Source: Verrucomicrobiia bacterium
Lineage (GTDB): Bacteria > Patescibacteriota > Saccharimonadia > Saccharimonadales > JAGQNK01
Direction of reading: 5' to 3'
DNA: 64,000 nt
Assembly: GCA_035489575.1 (NCBI GenBank)
Contig: DATHJY010000002.1
Span: forward strand, 15,080-79,079
The notes beneath the pieces are model-generated. The model made no database searches. It saw only the letters and a list, made by a program, of their open reading frames with translations, and had not been told where the DNA came from. The position numbers and the translations under genes are program-made. Shown here piece by piece: positions 26,788-34,526 of the stretch. The stretch's first letter is position 1. Each line of letters begins with the position of its first letter.

Positions 26788-26871
26788 ATCATAATTCTAT
26801 ACGTTAGCAACAGAATGTGTTAAAGAAGAACCCTTATTGCTAGATATTTTGGTTGCAACAGCGATACATAC

Positions 26872-26882
26872 GGCCCTCCAAG
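26872..26882 (+). repeat. Right copy of the 11-nt direct repeat GGCCCTCCAAG (candidate att core / displaced tRNA 3' end)
   Basis: Identical to 10543-10553, and followed immediately by a terminator hairpin. Confidence 0.4.
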
Positions 26883-26917
26883 CAAAAAGACCTGTCCAAA
26901 AAGGCAGGTCTTTTTGC
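26882..26917. terminator. Bidirectional intrinsic terminator
   Basis: Perfect 13-bp stem GCAAAAAGACCTG / CAGGTCTTTTTGC with a 10-nt loop. An A-run and a T-run flank the GC core. Confidence 0.6.
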
Positions 26918-26930
26918 TTAGGAAAATTCA

Positions 26931-27020
26931 GCGAGGGACTCGAATCCACGACACGCCAAAAGGGTGCCCGAGGGTAAAAACAGCCCTATGGTTGCTATGC
27001 AACATTCCCAGTAGCGGCCC
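26931..27020 (-). pseudogene. Degenerate tRNA-Lys-like remnant in inverted orientation
   Basis: The reverse complement reads GGGCCGCTA...(insert)...GCACCCTTTTGGCGTGTCGTGGATTCGAGTCCCTCGC. GTGTCGTGGaTTCGAGTCCC matches the tRNA-Lys variable/T arm with 1 mismatch. The acceptor stem cannot pair. Confidence 0.35.
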
Positions 27021-27043
27021 TGTCGCCAAATTGAAAGAACTCA

Positions 27044-27442
27044 TCAAAAAGGGTTTGTAATTTTCAGCGCACCTATCTGGCGGCCGTCTTGCATGTCCTC
27101 ACTGATCAATGTCGTGACACCAGAGTTTTGCGCTGCTACGACAATCAGGGCATCCCAAAAGGACAAACTGTGCTTCTCCTCCAGCTCTGACGCGGCGATT
27201 ATGTCAGCAGGGGTTGGCTGATAAATTTGCCAAGCTGATAACTCTTTTATAATTTCTCTGGCTTCCTGTCTGGGAAGCGTTTTGGCTAGTTTCCGGGTGA
27301 CTGTCACATAGAATTCCTGCAGCACCTGCGTGCCCGAACGATTATTCCAACATTCTGTCAAGATATCCTGGGCTTTTTTGTGCTTGTCGCTTTCTTCTTT
27401 ATCGAAAGCGTAAACGAGTACGTTAGTATCCAGAAATGTCAT
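27044..27442 (-). CDS. vapC: PIN-domain toxin (VapC family)
   Basis: MTFLDTNVLVYAFD..., a conserved acidic residue pattern, and a start that overlaps the antitoxin stop (ATGA). Confidence 0.85.
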   Translation of the reverse strand: MTFLDTNVLVYAFDKEESDKHKKAQDILTECWNNRSGTQVLQEFYVTVTRKLAKTLPRQEAREIIKELSAWQIYQPTPADIIAASELEEKHSLSFWDALIVVAAQNSGVTTLISEDMQDGRQIGALKITNPF

Positions 27443-27681
27443 CGTTGGTGAAGCTCTTCGCGGTCGGGCATTTTACCGCCGCCCAAGTCATAGCCATGCT
27501 TTAGTCTGGATAGGGCGGATCTTTGAGCCTTTTCATAGCCTGACTCTTTAGCGGCTGCCTTTTTAATCTCTTCGCTGACTAAACGACTCAGCGACATAGA
27601 CTGCTTAGCTGCGATAATTTTTGCGTCCCTTACGGTACTTTCATCCAGTTGAATGGTGAGATTTCTTTTCATAAGCTTCAT
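27439..27681 (-). CDS. vapB: Ribbon-helix-helix antitoxin (VapB-like)
   Basis: MKRNLTIQLDESTVRDAKIIAAKQSMSLSRLVSEEIKK is a typical RHH N-terminus. It is translationally coupled to vapC. Confidence 0.7.
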   Translation of the reverse strand: MKLMKRNLTIQLDESTVRDAKIIAAKQSMSLSRLVSEEIKKAAAKESGYEKAQRSALSRLKHGYDLGGGKMPDREELHQR

Positions 27682-27708
27682 GATAGCAAAGTTACGTGCT
27701 ACACGCAA

Positions 27709-29298
27709 CTAGCTAGGGGCCAGTGTCAATTCAAGGGCGGCCCCACCTTTGCCAGCTTTACGTAAAGAAGGACTAATCAAAACCAGCCTCCCCAGAGCGG
27801 TATGCACCGTGTCTTTGATCTTTGCCAGTGGCTTGCTGGTTCGCAAGAGATACATAAGTCCCTCGTGGGTGCCGTAACTACTGAGGGCGTAGTTTGGTAA
27901 CTTCTCATCCCACGCAGCAGTATTCAATTCGCTTGTTTTGGCCACTGTTGCGCGGTGGACGAACTGCTCTATCACTTCATGGCTATATGTTAGTCCGACG
28001 CGCTCAAAAATCTCGGCAAGTAGCTCTACGGCTTTGCTTTCACTGGCATGGATACTTTCAGGGCTCTCGCCAGGCTGCTTGATTCGCTGTATATGTTCTA
28101 CGGCGTTGTCTAGTAAATCGTGTGTGACAATAGCGGCTTCTGGCTCGAGCGCGGTGAGGGCTTGGGCTAGGTTTTCTAGTATCTCTTGCTGAGCTGTTTC
28201 GACTGCGGTTGGCTGTGGCTCGGTCTCATGAACCGGCAAGACAGTTGTTGTCTCTTGTTGTTCGGCGACTTCTGGTGCTACGAATGGGGCGGGTTCAATC
28301 GCTTCTAATCCAACCGCTGCCATGTCGAGTGCCGGATGTTGCTGCTCATTGTCGATAAGGAGTTCGTCGGCAATAGGTACATCTGCCTCGGTTTCTAGTG
28401 TCACGGATTCAACTAGTGCCTCCTGGTCCTCCACGGCTGTTGGGCTGGGCACGGGGATCTCAGCAGCCGTGGCTTCTGTGAATTCAGACACTAGGGCCTC
28501 GTCCGATTCTTGAAGTACCGGCAGGTCATCAGGCGTATCAAAATCTAAAATACTGTCAGCCACTTCCAATTCTGGTTCCGCGACTTCAACTGGCACGGGC
28601 TGCTCTGGTTCAACGCCTGCTTTGTCTTGATACAAACTTACTTCTGGTTCTGGTAGGGTAACAGGTGTTTGCTCGACCGGATCAGACAGAACGGATTCTA
28701 TATGGACTGCTTCTGGGGCGATGGCTTGTGTGGGGCGAGGGTGCTCGCTAAGCTCCACGGGTGCTTGCTGGGTGCTGGGTTCGGGCTGGGTCGGAGTTGC
28801 TTCTTGGTATTGGAGGTGCCGGGCGTCGCTAGTTTCTTTGGCTTGGTGGACTGTCTCGTCGGGCAGCCTTGCCTCGGGTTTCTCGACTTGGATAATTGGC
28901 AGAGTTGGAGCGGTTTCTTTTTTGGCAGGCTCTTTTGGCTCTGGTGTTTCGGTTTGGGGGAGTTGTGTGATGTGCGGGTGTTCGACGTTTTTGTCTGGTT
29001 TTGCGATTTCCTTTTCTTGCTTCTGGTGGGTTTCTTTTGTGGGTTCCGCTTTCAGCGTTTCCTTTTCCGCTTTCTCGATTTTCACAGGCTTCTCAGCTAC
29101 TGGATCCTTTGCGTCCTCGGCTAACTTTTCATTGCCAATCGCCTGGAGCTCTAACAGTATGCCGGCTTCCTCGAGTGTCATGTCGGCTAATGCACGGCAG
29201 AGCTCTCTTGCGGCTTCGACGCTCTCGGCTCGATATATTTCACCATTGCCATGCTGGTGAGTAAATACTGGCTCAGCCTCGGCAACCTCTTCACCCAT
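27709..29298 (-). CDS. Hyper-acidic Glu/Pro/Thr-rich protein with a large low-complexity centre (529 aa)
   Basis: Long ORF. The middle ~330 aa are dominated by E, P, T, A, Q and V. The N- and C-terminal ~60 and ~130 aa look globular. Confidence 0.6.
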   Translation of the reverse strand: MGEEVAEAEPVFTHQHGNGEIYRAESVEAARELCRALADMTLEEAGILLELQAIGNEKLAEDAKDPVAEKPVKIEKAEKETLKAEPTKETHQKQEKEIAKPDKNVEHPHITQLPQTETPEPKEPAKKETAPTLPIIQVEKPEARLPDETVHQAKETSDARHLQYQEATPTQPEPSTQQAPVELSEHPRPTQAIAPEAVHIESVLSDPVEQTPVTLPEPEVSLYQDKAGVEPEQPVPVEVAEPELEVADSILDFDTPDDLPVLQESDEALVSEFTEATAAEIPVPSPTAVEDQEALVESVTLETEADVPIADELLIDNEQQHPALDMAAVGLEAIEPAPFVAPEVAEQQETTTVLPVHETEPQPTAVETAQQEILENLAQALTALEPEAAIVTHDLLDNAVEHIQRIKQPGESPESIHASESKAVELLAEIFERVGLTYSHEVIEQFVHRATVAKTSELNTAAWDEKLPNYALSSYGTHEGLMYLLRTSKPLAKIKDTVHTALGRLVLISPSLRKAGKGGAALELTLAPS

Positions 29299-29316
29299 TG
29301 ATTCAGTATCTCCTGC

Positions 29317-29595
29317 TTATTCCTCGGCCTCTACTGGGCCAAAGTATGATTGAAATGCTTTTCGTGCAACACCTCTAAATCTTTCGTATCGTGGGTCTTC
29401 TCGGTCTAACGTCTCAAGTCCGGCAAATATCGGGCGGGCATGATCGCCACAGAGTTTGTCGAACTCCTCGGCCAATATGGGCTGACCATCCAGCTCAAAC
29501 CCGGTCGGCTGGCCTTTCAGGTGTCCATAACCGATAAGCTCCAGCCAACGTTCTCCGTCAGGCTGCTGCTGAAGTTCTCCTGTTTGCTCGGTCAT
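29317..29595 (-). CDS. Hypothetical small acidic protein (92 aa)
   Basis: ORF with a GAGAGGA RBS, upstream of the 529-aa gene and co-oriented with it. Confidence 0.5.
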   Translation of the reverse strand: MTEQTGELQQQPDGERWLELIGYGHLKGQPTGFELDGQPILAEEFDKLCGDHARPIFAGLETLDREDPRYERFRGVARKAFQSYFGPVEAEE

Positions 29596-29681
29596 TAGAT
29601 TCCTCTCAAGGTTATAGCGAAAGTATACCAGTTATTAGCGACCCGCACTCCTCCGTTGAGCCATGAGACCCACTCTACTTA

Positions 29682-29923
29682 CTACCGTTCATGAAGCTCG
29701 TCGCGGCTGGGCATCTGCCACCACCTAAGTTATAGCCACGCTTTAGCCTGGATAAGGCGGATATTTTAGGCTTTTCTGATCTCTTCACTGACTAAGCGGC
29801 TTAGCGACATAGATCGCTTGGCAGCGACAATTTTTGCGTCTCGTATAGTCGTTTCATCTAACTGGACGGTTAGATTTCGTTTCATAAGTAGTACGGTAGT
29901 AAGGACTACGTGGCACACGCAAG
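29682..29923 (-). pseudogene. Second, disrupted copy of the RHH antitoxin gene
   Basis: Collinear nucleotide homology to 27442-27708. It translates as MKRNLTVQLDETTIRDAKIVAAKRSMSLSRLVSEEIRKA, then stops after a deletion of about 28 nt. The C-terminal ELHER stop context is retained out of frame. Confidence 0.65.
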
Positions 29924-29959
29924 CAGAACAAAACTTAAAAAAACACCTCTCTGACCTGC

Positions 29960-30642
29960 CTAGAGCACCCTATCCCACCTCTGTTTCCACACCAAATTCA
30001 CAGCCGCCGTCCCAAAATGCCCAAAACGCGACTCATAAAAGGTTGCGTCTATACCCTGTTTTTTAATCGCGGTTACTAGCTTTTGGCCATCAAAGACAAT
30101 CTTGTCATTCCTGCCAAGAAAGCTCACAACTTTCCGGTCTTTTAGTTTTTCTAATTGATACTGGGTCTCGATTGGTTTGGTTAGTTTCTCTAGGTTACGC
30201 TCGGACTTCAGGCCATTGCTCACGAGCGTCTGAGTAAACGGCCTGGACGGTTTGTGTGTCCAGAGCAGGTGAGACAGTGTGCCATACGGAACAAACAAAA
30301 TGATGGATGCAATGTTCTTGTGTCGCTTGGCGGTGTACAGCGACAGAACTGACCCATAACTCAATCCGAGTACTGAGTACCTTGTGGATACTGGGACATG
30401 GTATCGCTCACCGCTTGGTCTACCTGCTTTATCAGGTCCACCATATTGTCAAAGTTGCATTTACGAATTGCCTTCTTCCAGGCAAAGTTGAACCCCACTA
30501 CGGTTATTCCCATGCGATTTAAAACAAAAACCGTCCACCGATAGTGCCACATTTTTGTAAAGCCAGCCGGAAAGAAGAACAATACTTTCTTTGCATTTTT
30601 AGCTCGATATTCTCTAATCGCAAAGTATTCATTCATGTACAA
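29960..30642 (-). pseudogene. Alpha/beta-hydrolase split by a frameshift just before the nucleophile elbow
   Basis: ORFs 30361-30642 and 29960-30364 are adjacent in different frames. The second frame reads ...YSVLGLSYGSV... (GxSxG) across the junction. Confidence 0.65.
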
Positions 30643-30921
30643 TACTTTATCCTATTCTACCCTTAAGCCATGTAGATTTATGATCGCCGTCTCGGGATAA
30701 AATACGGTCGCTTTCCTGCTATCAAAATCCTCCGAGCCAGACCCGATTGGTGTCCTTTGTTATGAGTACCGCCCCTGTTAAAATACAATCAATCAGGGTG
30801 TTCACGCGACCTCCAGAATGCTACGAAAAATCTCTCTCCCTGACACTAAAGATCTCTATATACTGCTCAATTTGAATGGTCATTTATGTGGCCATTTAAT
30901 TATTTAAAAATAAGGAGATAT

Positions 30922-32112
30922 ATGGCTGAAGTAGCAGAAGGGCACCCTGCTGTCGTGGGAATCGGCGGCGCTTTAGGGGACCGAAGACTTACCAATGATG
31001 AGTTTGTGGCAGAATATGGCGTGGAACTTCCGGAAAACTGGAGGATAGAAGACCGTGCTGGCATTCACGCAAGACACTTTACCAGCGAAGGGCAGTTTGC
31101 CTCGGACATGGGTATTGCTGCTGCTCGCATGGCGTTAGACATGGCAGGTGTAAAGCCGACAGAACACGGGTTGCCAATCGATGCCATTTTTCTTTCCACT
31201 AGTACGCCCGATCAGTTTAGCCCCTCCACGGCCGTATTTGTTAACCAAGGTCTGGGAGTTGACAGGGCGGGTCCGACAGTCGACCACAATGCCGCCTGCG
31301 CGGGTTTTGTGTACGGTATGTTTGGTGCCGTCAATGCCCTATCGCGCGAGCCAGATGTGTATCATCGGGCACTTGTCCTGGGCGCCGAAATGCCATCAGC
31401 TGGTATAAATCCTAAAGACCATAAAACTGCTGGTCTGTTTGGTGCCGGGTCTGGTGCCGTCATTCTAGAACGCCGGCCTGACGCCATTGAGCCGCAGTTT
31501 GCCTTCTGGGCAGATCCAGACCCCGAAGCCATCCAGGTAAAAGCGGGCCTGCGTTTTCCGCCTAAGAGTCTTGATGACTTAACGATAACCATGGAGGGTC
31601 TTAGGGTAGGTCAGCATGCCGCGGAAAAAATGGGCAAGCTGACGTATCAGGTAGCTGACATGGCCGACCGGTACAACCCGAGGACGCAGAAGATTGACTG
31701 GGATGAGCTTTACTTTGCACCGCATCCAGGCAATGGCATTCTTAACCAAATGCTTGCCAATGTGCTAGAAGTACCAAAGGGCCACCTCATAACCAGTGTG
31801 GCCGACCATGGCAACACTTCCTCCGCCTCTATACCTCTGGCGCTTCACCAGGCACGAGAGAAGGGAATGATTAGAGACGGTGAGTCATATACTGTTTTGT
31901 CGCCTGCAATTGGAGCTGGCATGGTGGCTGGCGCCGGCATTTACACTGTCGAAGTTGGCCCCGGCGATCCTGCGGTTGAAGCTGAAGCTGCCGAGGCGCG
32001 TCAGAGTCGACGTGCCCGCCTGGACGGCTACCCAGATACACTTGGTGGGGTTCGCGAGGAATACGCCGCCCACCTGGACAAGATGAAAGTATCGTACGCC
32101 GCCCAAGAGTAG
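30922..32112 (+). CDS. Beta-ketoacyl-ACP synthase III (FabH-like) family enzyme with a C-terminal extension
   Basis: The ATG follows AAGGAG. HNAACAGFVYG (Cys), APHPGNG (His) and HGNTSSASIPLAL (Asn) match the KAS III catalytic triad contexts. Confidence 0.8.
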   Translation: MAEVAEGHPAVVGIGGALGDRRLTNDEFVAEYGVELPENWRIEDRAGIHARHFTSEGQFASDMGIAAARMALDMAGVKPTEHGLPIDAIFLSTSTPDQFSPSTAVFVNQGLGVDRAGPTVDHNAACAGFVYGMFGAVNALSREPDVYHRALVLGAEMPSAGINPKDHKTAGLFGAGSGAVILERRPDAIEPQFAFWADPDPEAIQVKAGLRFPPKSLDDLTITMEGLRVGQHAAEKMGKLTYQVADMADRYNPRTQKIDWDELYFAPHPGNGILNQMLANVLEVPKGHLITSVADHGNTSSASIPLALHQAREKGMIRDGESYTVLSPAIGAGMVAGAGIYTVEVGPGDPAVEAEAAEARQSRRARLDGYPDTLGGVREEYAAHLDKMKVSYAAQE

Positions 32113-32213
32113 GTAGTTGTTTCTAAGGAGTGAGACTGTGCTTCAGCGCAGTCTCACCTGAAGTAAGAAGTGCAACGGCACCAGCGGCTAGAACACGCAA
32201 TGTATACTGACAA

Positions 32214-33671
32214 GTGAAACTTTGGGGGACTATGCACGGCGGTTTGCGCAGAACAACGGTTGTTACGGCTGGGCTGGTGGCCTTTTTGGTTGGGCTGGCT
32301 CTGGCACGCCTGCCAGGTGGTTTTGTCTGGTTAGTTATTAGCGTGCTAAGTTTTCTGCTATGCCTGAAATTCAGGAGACTTGCCGTGTTAAGTATTATTT
32401 TGGCCAGCAGCATGAGCATTGGTTTTTTGCGTGGCACAACCTTTGCGCACCAGCTGTCGCCATACCGAGCAGTTGCATTCAAGACCGTGACGCTAGAAGT
32501 CCGGGCAGAAACTGATGCAGTGTACGATGACAAAAAACAACTGGCGTTTGACGCAGGTAGCGTCAGGCTGCTAGAACCTTATGCAACGGCAGTGCCAGGA
32601 CGGCTCAAAGTTTCTGGTTTTGGTGAGCGCGCGGTGTATCGGGGCGATGTTGTCAGAATAAGCGGCAGAATGTATCCGGGCCGCGGGTCTTGGCAGGGCT
32701 TTGTGAGCTTTGCCACTTTAAGGGTGATTTCGCGTAACGCTTCTTATATAGATAAGGCTCGGCTGAGGTTTGTGGCTGGTATGCAAACTGCCTTGCCAGA
32801 GCCGCAGGCATCGTTTGGGTTGGGGTTGCTAGTGGGACAGCGCAGTACCTTGCCAGAGGCACTGGCTATGGCATTGTCGGCAGTGGGGCTAACGCATATC
32901 ATTGCCGTGTCCGGTTACAACCTGACCATATTGGTGCGGTTTGTACGGCGGGCCGGGCGCAAGCGATCCAAGTATCAATTGACTGTGTTTTCTTTGGTAT
33001 TGATTGTGGCGTTTTTGTTGGTGACGGGCCTGAGTGCGTCAATTGTGCGGGCGGCATTGGTGAGCGTGTTGTCGCTCTGGGCGTGGTACTACGGACGCGA
33101 ATTTAGTCCACTATTGCTACTAGCATTGGCGGCTGCCCTCACAGCAGCCTGGAGCCCGTTATATATATGGAGCGACATAGGCTGGTATTTATCTTTCCTG
33201 GCATTTTTCGGGGTGATGATTCTGGCGCCATTAGCGGTTCGGCGTTTGCACGGCGTCAGGCAGCCCAATGCATTTGTATTGTTGCTGTATGAATGTATTG
33301 CAGCACAAGTTATGACCCTGCCTCTCATTCTGTTTATTTTTCAGGAAATGTCGTTGGTTGCGGTAGTGAGCAACCTGCTGGTTGTGCCGCTGGTGCCAGT
33401 GGCTATGGCCTGCTCGCTGCTTGCCGGACTTGGTGGAATGTTTGTGCCAACGCTTGCGGCATGGCTGGCAGTGCCCGCCCGCATACTACTAACATATATG
33501 CTGGACATGGTGGGGCTATTTGCCCGAATACCCCACGCGGTGGTGCAACGCAGCTTGTCTGTGGCTGGACTTGTCCTGATCTACAGCTGCCTGCTTGTTA
33601 TGAGTCTACTTCTGTGGAAGACGACAGGGGTGAAGCGTGGTATACTGCCTAAAAGCGAAGATCCATCTTAG
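32214..33671 (+). CDS. comEC: ComEC/Rec2 competence channel (membrane domain only)
   Basis: GLLVGQRSTLPEALAMALSAVGLTHIIAVSGYNLTILV plus many TM helices. No metallo-beta-lactamase domain is present. Confidence 0.85.
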   Translation: MKLWGTMHGGLRRTTVVTAGLVAFLVGLALARLPGGFVWLVISVLSFLLCLKFRRLAVLSIILASSMSIGFLRGTTFAHQLSPYRAVAFKTVTLEVRAETDAVYDDKKQLAFDAGSVRLLEPYATAVPGRLKVSGFGERAVYRGDVVRISGRMYPGRGSWQGFVSFATLRVISRNASYIDKARLRFVAGMQTALPEPQASFGLGLLVGQRSTLPEALAMALSAVGLTHIIAVSGYNLTILVRFVRRAGRKRSKYQLTVFSLVLIVAFLLVTGLSASIVRAALVSVLSLWAWYYGREFSPLLLLALAAALTAAWSPLYIWSDIGWYLSFLAFFGVMILAPLAVRRLHGVRQPNAFVLLLYECIAAQVMTLPLILFIFQEMSLVAVVSNLLVVPLVPVAMACSLLAGLGGMFVPTLAAWLAVPARILLTYMLDMVGLFARIPHAVVQRSLSVAGLVLIYSCLLVMSLLLWKTTGVKRGILPKSEDPS

Positions 33672-33690
33672 GTTTGCTGCAGAGAGGAGT

Positions 33691-33812
33691 AAAAATGTCT
33701 GGCCATAGTAAAATACCCCACCACAAACAGCAGATTCGGCAAAGCCGACTGCTTGGTTTGTGTCGGGGGCCCCGGGCAGCAGAAGGGAATAAGAATGTCT
33801 GGTCATAGTAAA
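33691..33812 (+). repeat. 100-bp-period duplication of the yebC RBS/start region enclosing a hairpin
   Basis: 33691-33712 matches 33791-33812 at 20/22 nt (AAaAATGTCTGGcCATAGTAAA). A long hairpin lies between them at about 33722-33762 (CACAAACAGCAG...CTGCTTGGTTTGTG). Confidence 0.5.
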
Positions 33813-34526
33813 TGGGAAACAATCAAACGCCAAAAGGGTGCCAACGACGCCAAGCGCGGCGTACTTTTTACCAAGCTGGGTAATGCCATTGCGGTAGCCG
33901 CCAAAGGCGGTGCTGACCCGGACATGAATTTTAGCCTGCGCCTGGCCATAGACAGAGCCAAAGGGGCCAATATGCCTACGGCCAACATTCAGCGGTCCAT
34001 AGACCGTGGCTCTGGCAAATTAGACGGTGTCCAGATCCAAGAAGTTTTATACGAAGGCTATGGTCCCGGCGGCGTGGCTATTTTGGTAGAGTGCGCCAGT
34101 GACAACCTAAACCGTACCTATCCAGAAGTTCGGCTGGCTTTTTCTAAGCATGGCGGCAACATTGCCGAAAAAGGTGCGGTGGCTTTTCAGTTTGATCGCA
34201 AAGGAATGATCCGCATTAACGGCAGTGGTGACGACTTGCTGCTGCAAGCGCTAGATGCTGGTGCCGAAGACATGGCAGAAGAAGGACCAGAATCTGTCAT
34301 ATATACTGGGTCCAAAGACTTGGCAAAAGTACGTGACACATTGAAGGAAGCCGGTGTTGATATTATCGAGGCACAGCTGAGTTATGTGCCCAACAATACC
34401 GTGCAGGTATCAGACGCAGCCACTGCCGGAAAGATCATGCGGCTCATGGACGCGCTAGACGACCAAGACGATGTAACGGCCACTTTTGTAAACTTCGATA
34501 TTCCCGAAGAACTGCTGGCAGCATGA
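33795..34526 (+). CDS. yebC: YebC/PmpR family DNA-binding regulator
   Basis: MSGHSKWETIKRQKGANDAKRGVLFTKL is a canonical YebC N-terminus. Confidence 0.9.
   Translation: MSGHSKWETIKRQKGANDAKRGVLFTKLGNAIAVAAKGGADPDMNFSLRLAIDRAKGANMPTANIQRSIDRGSGKLDGVQIQEVLYEGYGPGGVAILVECASDNLNRTYPEVRLAFSKHGGNIAEKGAVAFQFDRKGMIRINGSGDDLLLQALDAGAEDMAEEGPESVIYTGSKDLAKVRDTLKEAGVDIIEAQLSYVPNNTVQVSDAATAGKIMRLMDALDDQDDVTATFVNFDIPEELLAA

Larger units (their letters stand above)
10552..26871. mobile_element. Integrative island of about 16.3 kb at tRNA-Lys (serine-recombinase type) carrying defence cargo
   Basis: The recombinase gene abuts and reads into the tRNA. An 11-nt direct repeat lies at both ends. Hand-counted 60-nt samples were 37-40% GC inside, against 57-60% in flanking housekeeping genes. 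Confidence 0.6.

Noticed and set aside
28669-29264. Three + strand ORFs (up to 179 aa) opposite the acidic protein gene
   Set aside because: These are mirror frames of an E/P/T-rich gene. They translate to Gly/Ser/Phe/Trp/Cys-rich nonsense with no starts supported by an RBS.
30361-30385. Hypothesis that the near-tandem 7-mer GTACTCA/GTACTCG is a duplication that caused the hydrolase frameshift
   Set aside because: Deleting one 7-nt unit does not bring the two ORFs into the same frame, so the lesion must be a different indel, or a sequencing error.
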